From assembly GCA_963732455.1 (NCBI GenBank), contig CAVSZM010000006.1, positions 131,141-195,140 on the forward strand: a DNA stretch of 64,000 nucleotides. The letters run 5' to 3'. Below the pieces are notes generated by a model, which searched no databases, was not told the origin of the DNA, and saw nothing but the letters and a program-made list of their open reading frames with translations. Source of the stretch: an uncultured Alphaproteobacteria bacterium. Lineage in GTDB: Bacteria > Pseudomonadota > Alphaproteobacteria > Rhizobiales > Xanthobacteraceae. Shown piece by piece: positions 50,014 to 58,923 of this stretch. How positions within the stretch are numbered: the first letter of the stretch is position 1; the number at the start of each line of letters is the position of its first letter. The translations under genes and the position numbers were made by a program.

Positions 50014-50708
50014 TGCTGGAAGTCGGGGATCTGCACGCCTACTACGGCAAGAGCCACATTCTGCAGGGCGTCGATATGCATATCGACGCCGGCGAGGTCG
50101 TGAGCCTGCTCGGCCGCAATGGCGTCGGACGCTCCACGACGGTCAAGGCGATCATGGGTGAGGTGCCGCCGCAGGGCTCGATCAAGTTCAAGGGCGGCGA
50201 CATCGCGGGATTGCCGAGCTACCGGATCGCTCACCTGGGGCTGGGCTACGTTCCGGAGCATCGCGATATTTTTCCCGGCCTGACGGTGAGGCAAAACCTG
50301 ATGCTCGGCATCAAGGATACGAGCCATCCTGGCAAGTGGCGCCTTGAAGACATGCTGAAGATGTTTCCCAACCTCGCGGCGAGGGCAGACACCGCGGCCG
50401 GCGTGCTGTCGGGCGGCGAGAAGCAGATGCTGACCATTTGCCGTACGCTGATGGGCGACCCCGAACTCATCATGATCGACGAGCCGACCGAGGGGCTCGC
50501 TCCCCTCATCGTGCAGCAGGTTGGCGACCTGATCGCCGAAATCGCCCGGCGTGGCGTCGCGATCCTGCTGGTGGAGCAGAAACTCTCGATCGCGATGCGG
50601 ATATCGCATCGCGTCTACGTGATGGGGCACGGCCGCATCGTATTCGAGGGCACGCCCGCCGAACTCAGGGACAACGAGGCAGTTCGCAAGGAATGGCTCG
50701 AGGTCTGA
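50010..50708 (+). CDS. Liv-type ABC ATP-binding protein (LivF-like)
   Basis: GRNGVGRS, LSGGEKQM, DEPTEGL. Confidence 0.92.
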   Translation: MMLEVGDLHAYYGKSHILQGVDMHIDAGEVVSLLGRNGVGRSTTVKAIMGEVPPQGSIKFKGGDIAGLPSYRIAHLGLGYVPEHRDIFPGLTVRQNLMLGIKDTSHPGKWRLEDMLKMFPNLAARADTAAGVLSGGEKQMLTICRTLMGDPELIMIDEPTEGLAPLIVQQVGDLIAEIARRGVAILLVEQKLSIAMRISHRVYVMGHGRIVFEGTPAELRDNEAVRKEWLEV

Positions 50709-50730
50709 AACAAGAGTTGCGGAATGGCGT

Positions 50731-51486
50731 TCAGGCCCTTTGCAGGACCGCAGTGGCGGCCAGGATCGTCTCTTTCGAAAGCCAGCCATTCAACACAGGC
50801 TCCGCACCGGCTATCGCGGCTTCGATCGCTTCATAGGCCCTGCTTCGGATCTGTCTCTTGGTTTTCATGAATGCGATTTGCGGAAGGGCCGCAAATTCAC
50901 CGGCTTTCTCCATCGCCCTGTCCAGCAGCGAGCTCGGCTCGACCATTTCGTCGAACACGCCGGCTTCCACGGCGGCGGCGGCTGTTATGTTCTGGGCGAA
51001 CAAAACAAGATGGCGCAGCACGTCAGGCCTCAACTCTTGGCGAACCACCTCCATCGCCCCGACGGGATAAGGTACGCCGACGCGAACCTCGGTCAGACCG
51101 GTGAGGAACTGAACTTTCGCCGCGATACGCCAGTCGCAGCATAATGCGAGGACAAGCCCACCTGCGATCGCGTGGCCGTTGATGGCGCCCACAACCGGAC
51201 CGGGGAAGCTGTAAACAGCGAAAAATGCACGGTTCAGCGCAACAACCATTCGGCGTTGATCGGCGTCATTGTAATGAGGCACGGCTTTCAGATCGACGCC
51301 GGCGCAGAAAGAGTTTCCCTGGCCCGTCAGGACAACAGATCTCAACGACTTGTCCTGACCGAGGCGTTCAAAAACCTCGGTCATCTCCTCCAGCAGTTCG
51401 ATGTTCATGGCATTGGCGGGCGGACGTCTCAGCGTGACTATCCCCACCGGACCCCGGTGAACGACGTCGATCATTTTCGTCGCCAT
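50731..51486 (-). CDS. Enoyl-CoA hydratase/isomerase (crotonase) family protein
   Basis: FCAGVDL, AINGHAIAGGLVLALCCDWR, EVRVG. Confidence 0.9.
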   Translation of the reverse strand: MATKMIDVVHRGPVGIVTLRRPPANAMNIELLEEMTEVFERLGQDKSLRSVVLTGQGNSFCAGVDLKAVPHYNDADQRRMVVALNRAFFAVYSFPGPVVGAINGHAIAGGLVLALCCDWRIAAKVQFLTGLTEVRVGVPYPVGAMEVVRQELRPDVLRHLVLFAQNITAAAAVEAGVFDEMVEPSSLLDRAMEKAGEFAALPQIAFMKTKRQIRSRAYEAIEAAIAGAEPVLNGWLSKETILAATAVLQRA

Positions 51487-51560
51487 TTGGCGTCTCTCCC
51501 TATTGCACCGAAAATTCTCCGGTCTCGACGTCCGGACAGACGGTCGATACCTGTTCTTCG

Positions 51561-52796
51561 CTACTCCGCGGCTTCGTGCACACTGCCTGCGGATGCCCGG
51601 CCGCCCAGAGCAACCTGCATCGATTGATGATAATGGATCATCGCCGGCTCGTTGCGGCCGAAGACCGTGTGCGTCTGCGCGCCTGAGGTGAGGCCGATCT
51701 GAATGCTGCGTCCGGCCGGAAAATCCTCACCCGTCACCACGTCGAGGATAAGTTGCATATTCTTGTCCCAATGGATTCGCTCGTCATCCGTGCTCGGCGC
51801 TTGCGGAATGTAAAGTCCAAGCTCCATCACGGCGCGATCGACGCGTCCCTCGCGCGGGAAAATGCGCGCGAGCTCAACGTGGTCGCCCTGAACGATCAGA
51901 ATCGTATTCGGGAACAGCGAATAGACCATCGCCGTATTCCACATCAGGTCCCAGCTATCTTCAGGTTCGGACTTGAGCCGCTCGAGCTTGCTGCGCGGAA
52001 AGGTCAGGCGAAGGTTGAGGCCAAAGGCCTCGAAGTCCGTTATGTTGCCGTGCAGTATATCCCGCAGCGAGTCCCGGTGCAGAAAGCCAACGTGGTAGCC
52101 CTCGTGGAAGGTATCGACGAGGATCTTCCAGTTCATGGTTTCGGGGATTTCGCGCTTGTCGAAGAACGCCCAGGACCCGAAATCGAACGAGGCCAGTTCG
52201 GGCCCGAGCCCGCCGAGCCAGGGATCGATATCGAAGTCAGTCGAACCGTCCTCGGCCGGCGTCGGCATCACCCACACCAGGCCGTACTTTTCGCACAGCG
52301 GTAACTCGGTGAGCGAGGATCGCTCGGCGCGCACATCCGGAAAGCAGCGCTCGTCGGGAATGCCCATCAGCTTGCCGGAGAGGTCATAAGTCCAGGCATG
52401 ATACGGGCATGAGAAAACGCGGGCCTTGCCGCATCCCTGCGCGACTTTCGCGCCGCGGTGCCGGCACACATTCAGGAATGCGCGCAGTTTGCCGTCGCGC
52501 CCACGCGCGATCAGAATCGGAACGCCGGCGTAGTCATCCGTGCGAAAATCGCCGGGGACAGGCCATTCCGAGGCAAACCCCATCATGATCGGGTGCTTGC
52601 GGAACAGCACTTCCTGCTCGCGGGCGAAATGCTTGGCGTCGGTATAGACCGATACGTCGTTACGCCAGGGCGCCTCGGCCATCGAGGTGGTGCGAGTGTC
52701 GACATAATGCAGCAATCGCTTCAAAAGGCCGATTTGAGCCTGCCGATTTATGGGAAACTCCAGTTGGTCATTGCTTGAAGATTCTCTGCACCCCAT
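51561..52796 (-). CDS. Rieske non-heme iron oxygenase alpha subunit
   Basis: Rieske CRHRG...CPYHAW and mononuclear Fe site DTFHEGYH...H / ED. Start uncertain: ATG 52796, or ATA 52751 behind a GGAG. Confidence 0.9.
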   Translation of the reverse strand: MGCRESSSNDQLEFPINRQAQIGLLKRLLHYVDTRTTSMAEAPWRNDVSVYTDAKHFAREQEVLFRKHPIMMGFASEWPVPGDFRTDDYAGVPILIARGRDGKLRAFLNVCRHRGAKVAQGCGKARVFSCPYHAWTYDLSGKLMGIPDERCFPDVRAERSSLTELPLCEKYGLVWVMPTPAEDGSTDFDIDPWLGGLGPELASFDFGSWAFFDKREIPETMNWKILVDTFHEGYHVGFLHRDSLRDILHGNITDFEAFGLNLRLTFPRSKLERLKSEPEDSWDLMWNTAMVYSLFPNTILIVQGDHVELARIFPREGRVDRAVMELGLYIPQAPSTDDERIHWDKNMQLILDVVTGEDFPAGRSIQIGLTSGAQTHTVFGRNEPAMIHYHQSMQVALGGRASAGSVHEAAE

Positions 52797-52832
52797 CGCA
52801 AAACCTGTGTCACTCGCTGCGCCCGCGGTGCA

Positions 52833-52876
52833 ATACCGTACCCTACCCGCCAATCCCGCGCAATACGGTACCGTAT
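52833..52876. promoter_or_regulatory. Tandem TetR-type operators upstream of the Rieske gene
   Basis: Perfect palindrome ATACGGTACCGTAT (52863-52876) and degenerate copy ATACCGTACCCTAC (52833-52846). Confidence 0.7.
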
Positions 52877-53003
52877 CACAATGAAGGGAGATGGCTCCGG
52901 CGAGCCTGTCCCGCGGCGCCTCCAGCAAACGGACCGGCGAGGCAGGGTGCCGGAAGATGGGTGGCGAAAAATCGTGTGCCGGGAGCGCCGGAAGGGCGGT
53001 TTC

Positions 53004-53600
53004 CTACTCGATGTCCGTCAGGCCGCTGGCGCAGGCAGCGATAAGGTTTGCCCGCTTGCGCGGCGTGCCGCCGAGAAACATCATGCTCTGGCCAAACAGA
53101 AACGCATAAAAGAGCACGGCGCGAGCGTCTGCATCCTTCGCTGAAAGGCCGAGGCTTCGATAGAGCGAACTCGCCGTTTTCACCCGAGCGGTATCCACTA
53201 TCGCGACAGCCGCCGCGGCCATTGGGTCGTTGCGCGCCCATTGCCGTATCGCAAGTTCGATCGCCATACCCTGCTCGTTGGCCCGCTCGGTGTAAAGCCT
53301 GGTCAGCGACTGGATTCTCTCCGCCGACGTCTTGCCACCTTCTTCGGCCTGCCGCTCGATGGCTTTGATGCGGCCATCCCGCCATGCTTCAAGGATCGCA
53401 TTCAAGAGCGCCCGGCGATCCTTGAAGCGGCGGTAGAAGCCCCCTTTTGTGACCCCCAATCGCTCGGCCAGTACCTCGACGCGAACGCTGCCAACACCGC
53501 CTTTTGACAGCGCGGCGAGCCCAGCCGCTACCCAGTCCTGCGAGGCATCTTCATCCTTCGCAAATCCGTCGCCAAATCGTGATACGGTTCCGTATTGCAT
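53004..53600 (-). CDS. TetR/AcrR family transcriptional regulator
   Basis: WVAAGLAAL..GGV..VRVEVLAERLGVTKGGFYRRF HTH. Confidence 0.92.
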   Translation of the reverse strand: MQYGTVSRFGDGFAKDEDASQDWVAAGLAALSKGGVGSVRVEVLAERLGVTKGGFYRRFKDRRALLNAILEAWRDGRIKAIERQAEEGGKTSAERIQSLTRLYTERANEQGMAIELAIRQWARNDPMAAAAVAIVDTARVKTASSLYRSLGLSAKDADARAVLFYAFLFGQSMMFLGGTPRKRANLIAACASGLTDIE

Positions 53601-53630
53601 CTGCTTTCAACTTCCGATACGAAGCCGTAT
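53582..53630. promoter_or_regulatory. TetR-type operators at the tetR start (autoregulation)
   Basis: ATACGGTTCCGTAT (53582-53595) and ATACGAAGCCGTAT (53617-53630), the same motif as at 52863. Confidence 0.7.
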
Positions 53631-53972
53631 CTGTCAAGATTCGTTATGTGTGTCCGGAGTTTATCCCATGCATGCGCTGATAACTGAAGCGGCACGCAGT
53701 TCATGTGGACTCCGGCCATCGGCGTGGACCGGCGATCACGCCGCCGGACTTAGATCTTTCGATACGGACGATTTGTTTTATTCCGCCCCCTCAATTCGCA
53801 AGGAGATGCGCAATGGCGAAACCAATGAAATAGCTGCGACCTGCGAGTTGACGGGAGTCCATCTCGACCGGCGCTTGCGCAAGGCCTGCGAATTCGGCAT
53901 GGACATCCGATCTGCGGCTTCGAGGCTGTTAGAGCGGCAAGTGGCGTAGAGCAGAACGGCGAGACCACAACC

Positions 53973-54599
53973 ATGTCGGCCCCGATAGTCGCGTTCTATT
54001 TCGATATTCGCAGTCCCTATTCCTATCTCGCGCGCGAGGAAGTCCTGACGCTCGGTGAAAAGTTCGCCGTCGCCGTGGAGCCTTTGCCCTATGCGCTGGC
54101 GATGGAAGCGTTCGGAACGCCCGAGTCGCGCAGCCCGCGAGACATGCGCAAGCTCAAATATATTTACGCTGACGTCCGCCGGTCTGCCAAGGACCGCGAA
54201 CTGATCATCCGCAGCCCTTCGAAAGTATTCGATCCGCATCTTGCCCATGCGGCGTTCTTGTACGCGCGACGCGTACGCCGCGAACGAACGTTGTATGACC
54301 GGCTGCTACCGGCATTCTGGAATCGCGCATTTGATATCGAAAATATGGATCAGATAACTGCCCTGCTCGGCGATATCGGCGCAAACCCGGACGGATTTCA
54401 GGACTATCTGGGGGGCGCTGCCAATCAGGAACTCGGCGGCATCGCGAACGACGCCGAAAGCGCAGGCGTGTTCGGTGTGCCGACCGTCGTCTTTCAGGGT
54501 GAGCTGTTCTGGGGCGCCGATCGGGTCGAAGTGCTGAAGCGCCACCTGGAAACGGCCGGTCTTGCACGTGCCGACACGCCCGGCGCGCCGATATCGTGA
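53973..54599 (+). CDS. 2-hydroxychromene-2-carboxylate isomerase / kappa-class GST (DsbA-like)
   Basis: FYFDIRSPYSYLA, GVFGVPT, ELFWGADR. Confidence 0.88.
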   Translation: MSAPIVAFYFDIRSPYSYLAREEVLTLGEKFAVAVEPLPYALAMEAFGTPESRSPRDMRKLKYIYADVRRSAKDRELIIRSPSKVFDPHLAHAAFLYARRVRRERTLYDRLLPAFWNRAFDIENMDQITALLGDIGANPDGFQDYLGGAANQELGGIANDAESAGVFGVPTVVFQGELFWGADRVEVLKRHLETAGLARADTPGAPIS

Positions 54600-54950
54600 C
54601 CGGTCCGGCAAAAACATGACAAATCATTTGACCCGAAACAGGATCGCCAGGCCTGCCGGTCAGGCTCGCGACCGCACCATAGCGTCGGTTGAATTGGAAG
54701 GAGGTCCGACGGCATCTGCCGGCCTGCAAATCCGGCCTGGCAAAAATATCCTTTGTCAGCCCCAAAAACTTGGGCAAGCTGCGCCCAATAGTCCAATATG
54801 TTGAGCGGCCTAACCACTGTAGATTCGGCCTGGCCAGCGGCGAAGGCCGCCAATAAAAGAGCGCATCAGGCGCCGAATGCTTTCGGTTGTGAGCCTTCTC
54901 CAGCGGCGGTCGAACTCCGTTGGCCCGGAGTTGCTCCAGGGAGGGAATGC

Positions 54951-55772
54951 GTGGAACACGCTTTGGAAGTGCGCGGGGTGTCACTGCGCTTTGGCGGCGT
55001 ACGTGCGCTCACCGAGGTCAGCTTTGGCGTGAACGACGGTGAACTGTTCTCGATCATCGGTCCGAACGGCGCCGGCAAGACTTCGATCGTAAACTGCATC
55101 TCGGGCCGCTACCGGCCGACCGAAGGCCAGCTTTTCTATCGCGGCCGCGACATCACGGCGCTCAATCCCAACGCCCGCCCCCAGCTCGGCATCGGCCGTA
55201 CCTTCCAGAACCTCGCGCTGTTTCATCACATGAGCGTGCTCGACAACATCATGGTCGGGCGGCATCATTTGCTTAAGAATAATTTCATCACGGGATCGTT
55301 GTACTGGTTGACCGGCGCGCGGCGCGAAGAACTCGAGCATCGCCGCAAGGTCGAGGAGATCATCGATTTCCTCGATCTGCAGTCGGTGCGCAAGGCGACC
55401 GCCGGCACCCTGCCCTATGGCTTGCGCAAGCGCGTCGAACTCGCGCGCGCCATGGCGCTGGAGCCTCGGTTGATCCTGCTCGACGAACCGATGGCCGGCA
55501 TGAATTTCGAAGAAAAGGAGGACATGGCCCGCTACATCGTCGATCTCAACGAAGAGTTCGGCATGACGGTCATGATGATCGAGCACGACATGGGCGTGGT
55601 GATGGATATCTCACACCGGGTCATGGTGCTGGATTTCGGCCGCAAGATCGCGGAAGGCGATCCGGCCGCGGTGCTGGCCGATCCCCATGTGAAACGCGCG
55701 TATCTTGGCGAAGAGGACGAGGTCCTGATCGATCCCGACCATGCGCCGGCGCCTGCGGAGACCGCAGCATGA
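54951..55772 (+). CDS. Liv-type ABC ATP-binding protein (LivG-like)
   Basis: GPNGAGKTS, LPYGLRKR, DEPMAG. GTG start after SD GGGAGGG. Confidence 0.92.
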   Translation: MEHALEVRGVSLRFGGVRALTEVSFGVNDGELFSIIGPNGAGKTSIVNCISGRYRPTEGQLFYRGRDITALNPNARPQLGIGRTFQNLALFHHMSVLDNIMVGRHHLLKNNFITGSLYWLTGARREELEHRRKVEEIIDFLDLQSVRKATAGTLPYGLRKRVELARAMALEPRLILLDEPMAGMNFEEKEDMARYIVDLNEEFGMTVMMIEHDMGVVMDISHRVMVLDFGRKIAEGDPAAVLADPHVKRAYLGEEDEVLIDPDHAPAPAETAA

Positions 55773-57700
55773 TGGATTACGCCGGCCGCGTCGCGCAAGC
55801 CGATACCTTTCCCAAGCTGCTGCGTCTCAACGCCAGGGAACATGGCGGCGAAATCGCGCTCCGGGAAAAGGATTTCGGGCTTTGGCGGGTATTTACCTGG
55901 AACGACTATCAGACGCGGGTGCATGACTTAGCGCTCGGCATGGTCGAACTCGGCCTCGGCCGCGGCGACGTCATCGGCATCATCGGCGACAACCGCCCGG
56001 ACTGGGTGTCGGCGGAAATCGCCACCCACGCCATCGGCGCCATGAGCCTTGGTCTGTATCGCGATGTACTGGACGAGGAAGCGGCCTATCTGCTCAGCTA
56101 TGGCGAGGCCAAGCTGGTATTCGCCGAGGACGAAGAGCAGGTCGACAAGCTGCTGACGCTCGCCGACCGCGTGCCGCAGCTCAAGCACATCGTCTATTCC
56201 GATCCGCGGGGAATGCGGAAATATGACGACCCCCGGCTGATGGAAGCCGACCGGCTCGCCGCGATGGGGCGCGACCGCGCCGCCCGCGAGCCCGGCCTCT
56301 ACGACAGGCTGGCGGATGCCACCAGGGGCGAGGACGTTGCGATCCTCTGCACCACCTCGGGTACGACAGCCAATCCGAAACTGGCAATGCTCGCTGTCGG
56401 CCGGGTGCTGCGGCATTGCGCGACTTACCTCTCGTTCGACCCGAAAGGACCGGATGACGAATACGTCTCGGTGCTGCCGCTGCCCTGGATCATGGAACAG
56501 GTCTACGTGCTGGGTAAAGGCCTGCTGTGCCGGATGAAGATCAACTTCGTCGAACAGCCCGACACCATGATGAATGATTTCCGCGAGATCGCGCCGACCT
56601 TCGTATTGTTCGCGCCGCGGGTCTGGGAATCCATTGCCGCCGACGTGCGCGCAGGCGTGATGGATTCCTCGCCGCTCAAGCAGAGCCTCTATGAACTCGG
56701 GATGAAAACGGGACTGGCGGCGCTGGCGCAGGGCAAGCATTCGGTGATCGCGGACAAGCTGCTGTTCCGCGCCTTGCGCGATCGGCTCGGCTTTACGCGG
56801 CTGCGCTCGGCGGCGACCGGGGGCGCGGCGCTGGGTCCGGACACATTTAAATTCTTCCAGGCCATGGGCGTGCCGTTGCGCACCCTGTACGGCCAGACCG
56901 AATTACTCGGCGCTTACACGCTGCATCCGTTTGGCCAGGTCGATCCCGACACCACAGGTGTGCCGATGGCTGACGACATCAAAATCCGCATCGAGAACCC
57001 GGATATCCACGGCGTCGGGGAAATCGTGGTGCGGCACCCCAACATGTTTCTCGGTTACTACAAGAACCCCGAGGCCTCCGCCGCCGACATGGAAGATGGC
57101 TGGATGCATTCGGGCGACGCCGGCTATTTCAACGACAACAAGCAGCTCGTGGTGATCGACCGCATCAAGGATCTTGCGGAAACCGTCCGCGGCGAACGGT
57201 TCTCGCCGCAATACATCGAGAACAAGCTGAAATTCTCGCCCTATATCGCCGAGACGGTGGTGCTGGGCGCCGGCCGCGACGCACTCGCAGCCATGATCTG
57301 CATCCGGTTCTCGATCATCTCGAAATGGGCGGAGAAAAACCGGATTTCGTTCACGACCTACACCGACCTCGCCTCGCGGCCGGAAGTGTACGCACTCCTG
57401 CGCAAGGAGGTCGAAACCGTCAATGCCACGCTGCCGCCGGCACAGCGCATTTCCAGGTTTTTGCTGCTGTACAAGGAACTCGACGCCGATGACGGCGAAC
57501 TTACCCGCACGCGGAAAGTCCGCCGTAGCGTCATCAACGAGAAATATGCCGGCATCATCGACGCGATCTACGGCGGCAAGCGCGAGATTCCGGTCGATAC
57601 CGTCATCCGCTACCAGGACGGCACCACCCAGCGCATCCGCACCACGCTCAGGGTGATCGACCTCGTCCACGAAACGCCTCTCGCGGAGGCCGCGGAATGA
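55769..57700 (+). CDS. Long-chain acyl-CoA ligase (AMP-binding)
   Basis: TTSGTTANPK, YGQTE, SGDAG, IDRIKD. Confidence 0.92.
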   Translation: MMDYAGRVAQADTFPKLLRLNAREHGGEIALREKDFGLWRVFTWNDYQTRVHDLALGMVELGLGRGDVIGIIGDNRPDWVSAEIATHAIGAMSLGLYRDVLDEEAAYLLSYGEAKLVFAEDEEQVDKLLTLADRVPQLKHIVYSDPRGMRKYDDPRLMEADRLAAMGRDRAAREPGLYDRLADATRGEDVAILCTTSGTTANPKLAMLAVGRVLRHCATYLSFDPKGPDDEYVSVLPLPWIMEQVYVLGKGLLCRMKINFVEQPDTMMNDFREIAPTFVLFAPRVWESIAADVRAGVMDSSPLKQSLYELGMKTGLAALAQGKHSVIADKLLFRALRDRLGFTRLRSAATGGAALGPDTFKFFQAMGVPLRTLYGQTELLGAYTLHPFGQVDPDTTGVPMADDIKIRIENPDIHGVGEIVVRHPNMFLGYYKNPEASAADMEDGWMHSGDAGYFNDNKQLVVIDRIKDLAETVRGERFSPQYIENKLKFSPYIAETVVLGAGRDALAAMICIRFSIISKWAEKNRISFTTYTDLASRPEVYALLRKEVETVNATLPPAQRISRFLLLYKELDADDGELTRTRKVRRSVINEKYAGIIDAIYGGKREIPVDTVIRYQDGTTQRIRTTLRVIDLVHETPLAEAAE

Positions 57701-57933
57701 GCATAGCCGATCCGTCCAAGCTCGGGAAACACATCGCGGCGCTGACGACCGCGCCCTCTCCCCTTGTGGGAGAGAGCATCACCAACGGTCGACCCCGCGC
57801 CAGAAGGGTGAGCGGCAGGGGCCCAGACAATTCGATGCAAAGACCCCTCACCCGTCTTCGCTTCGCAAAGCCACCCTCTTCTACAAGGGGCGAGGAAAAG
57901 CGGCCGGCAATTCCACGGCGCAAGATCCCATGA
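57697..57933 (+). CDS. 78-aa ORF made largely of a palindromic repeat; ATGA overlap with both neighbours
   Basis: ATG 57697 overlaps the ligase TGA, its TGA 57931-57933 overlaps the permease ATG 57930, and SD GGAGG lies upstream. No recognisable protein family. Confidence 0.35.
   Translation: MSIADPSKLGKHIAALTTAPSPLVGESITNGRPRARRVSGRGPDNSMQRPLTRLRFAKPPSSTRGEEKRPAIPRRKIP
57754..57895. repeat. Palindromic repeat (CCCTCTCCCCTTGTGGGAGAG family)
   Basis: Terminal inverted repeats CCTCTCCCCTTGTGGGAGAG / CTCTTCTACAAGGGGCGAGG and internal GGGTGAG / CTCACCC. Confidence 0.75.
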
Positions 57934-58823
57934 ACCTCCAGTTCCTGATCCAGCTTCTGGTCAATGGCCTCGTGGTCGGCACGCTCTACGGCGTGGTCGC
58001 GATGTCGTTCGTGCTGATCTACAAGGCGAGCCAGGTGGTGAACTTCGCGCAAGGCGAATTGCTGCTGGTCGGCGCCTGGGTGTGCTGGGCGTTGCTCACC
58101 AAATATCAGGTGCCGTTCTGGGTCGGGATGCCGCTGACGCTGGTGTTCATGTTCATCTTCGGCATCGCCATACAGATCGTGATCCTGCGGCCGATGATCG
58201 GCGAGCCGATCATTTCGGTGATCATGGTCACCATCGGCCTGTCGACGGTTTTTCAGGCCTCGCTAAAATGGATTTTCGGCGTCAATCCCCAACCATTCCC
58301 GCCGGTGTTCACCAGCCAGTCCGTCAGCGTGCTGGGCCTGCAAATCCAGACCGTCTATGTGATGAGCCTTGTCGTATCCGTGGCCATGATGATCGGAATG
58401 GCGTGGTTCTTCCGCGTCTCGAAATATGGTCTTGCGATGCGCGCCACCGCCTTCAACCAGCAGGTGGCGCAGTCGCTCGGCGTTTCCGTCAAAAGCGTGT
58501 TCGCGATGGCCTGGGCGATCTCGGCGACCGTCTCGGCGGTTGCGGGTGTGGTCGTGGCCGTCGTCAACGGCGTCTCGTCGGGCCTGTCGGCCTATGGCAT
58601 TAAGGTGTTTCCGGCGGCGATCCTGGGCGGGCTCGACAGCATCGGCGGCGCGGTTCTCGGCGGCATCATTATCGGCTTATTGGAAAACATCGCGCAGTAT
58701 GTCGACAGCGAATACCTGCACTGGGGCAATTTATATGAAATTGCGCCATTCTACGTGCTGATCATTATCCTCATGATCAAACCCTACGGCCTGTTCGGCA
58801 CCAAAGACATCGAACGGGTGTAA
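57930..58823 (+). CDS. Liv-type ABC permease (LivH-like)
   Basis: FVLIYKASQVVNFAQGE, GLAMRATA. Confidence 0.9.
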   Translation: MNLQFLIQLLVNGLVVGTLYGVVAMSFVLIYKASQVVNFAQGELLLVGAWVCWALLTKYQVPFWVGMPLTLVFMFIFGIAIQIVILRPMIGEPIISVIMVTIGLSTVFQASLKWIFGVNPQPFPPVFTSQSVSVLGLQIQTVYVMSLVVSVAMMIGMAWFFRVSKYGLAMRATAFNQQVAQSLGVSVKSVFAMAWAISATVSAVAGVVVAVVNGVSSGLSAYGIKVFPAAILGGLDSIGGAVLGGIIIGLLENIAQYVDSEYLHWGNLYEIAPFYVLIIILMIKPYGLFGTKDIERV

Positions 58824-58923
58824 GCATGATCGCCAAAAGCAAAACGCCTTGCGGTAACGATCGCGCTCGAACAAAGAGGGACGCGGCGATGAGTCAGATC
58901 AACCGGGGCAAGCGATAAAACCG

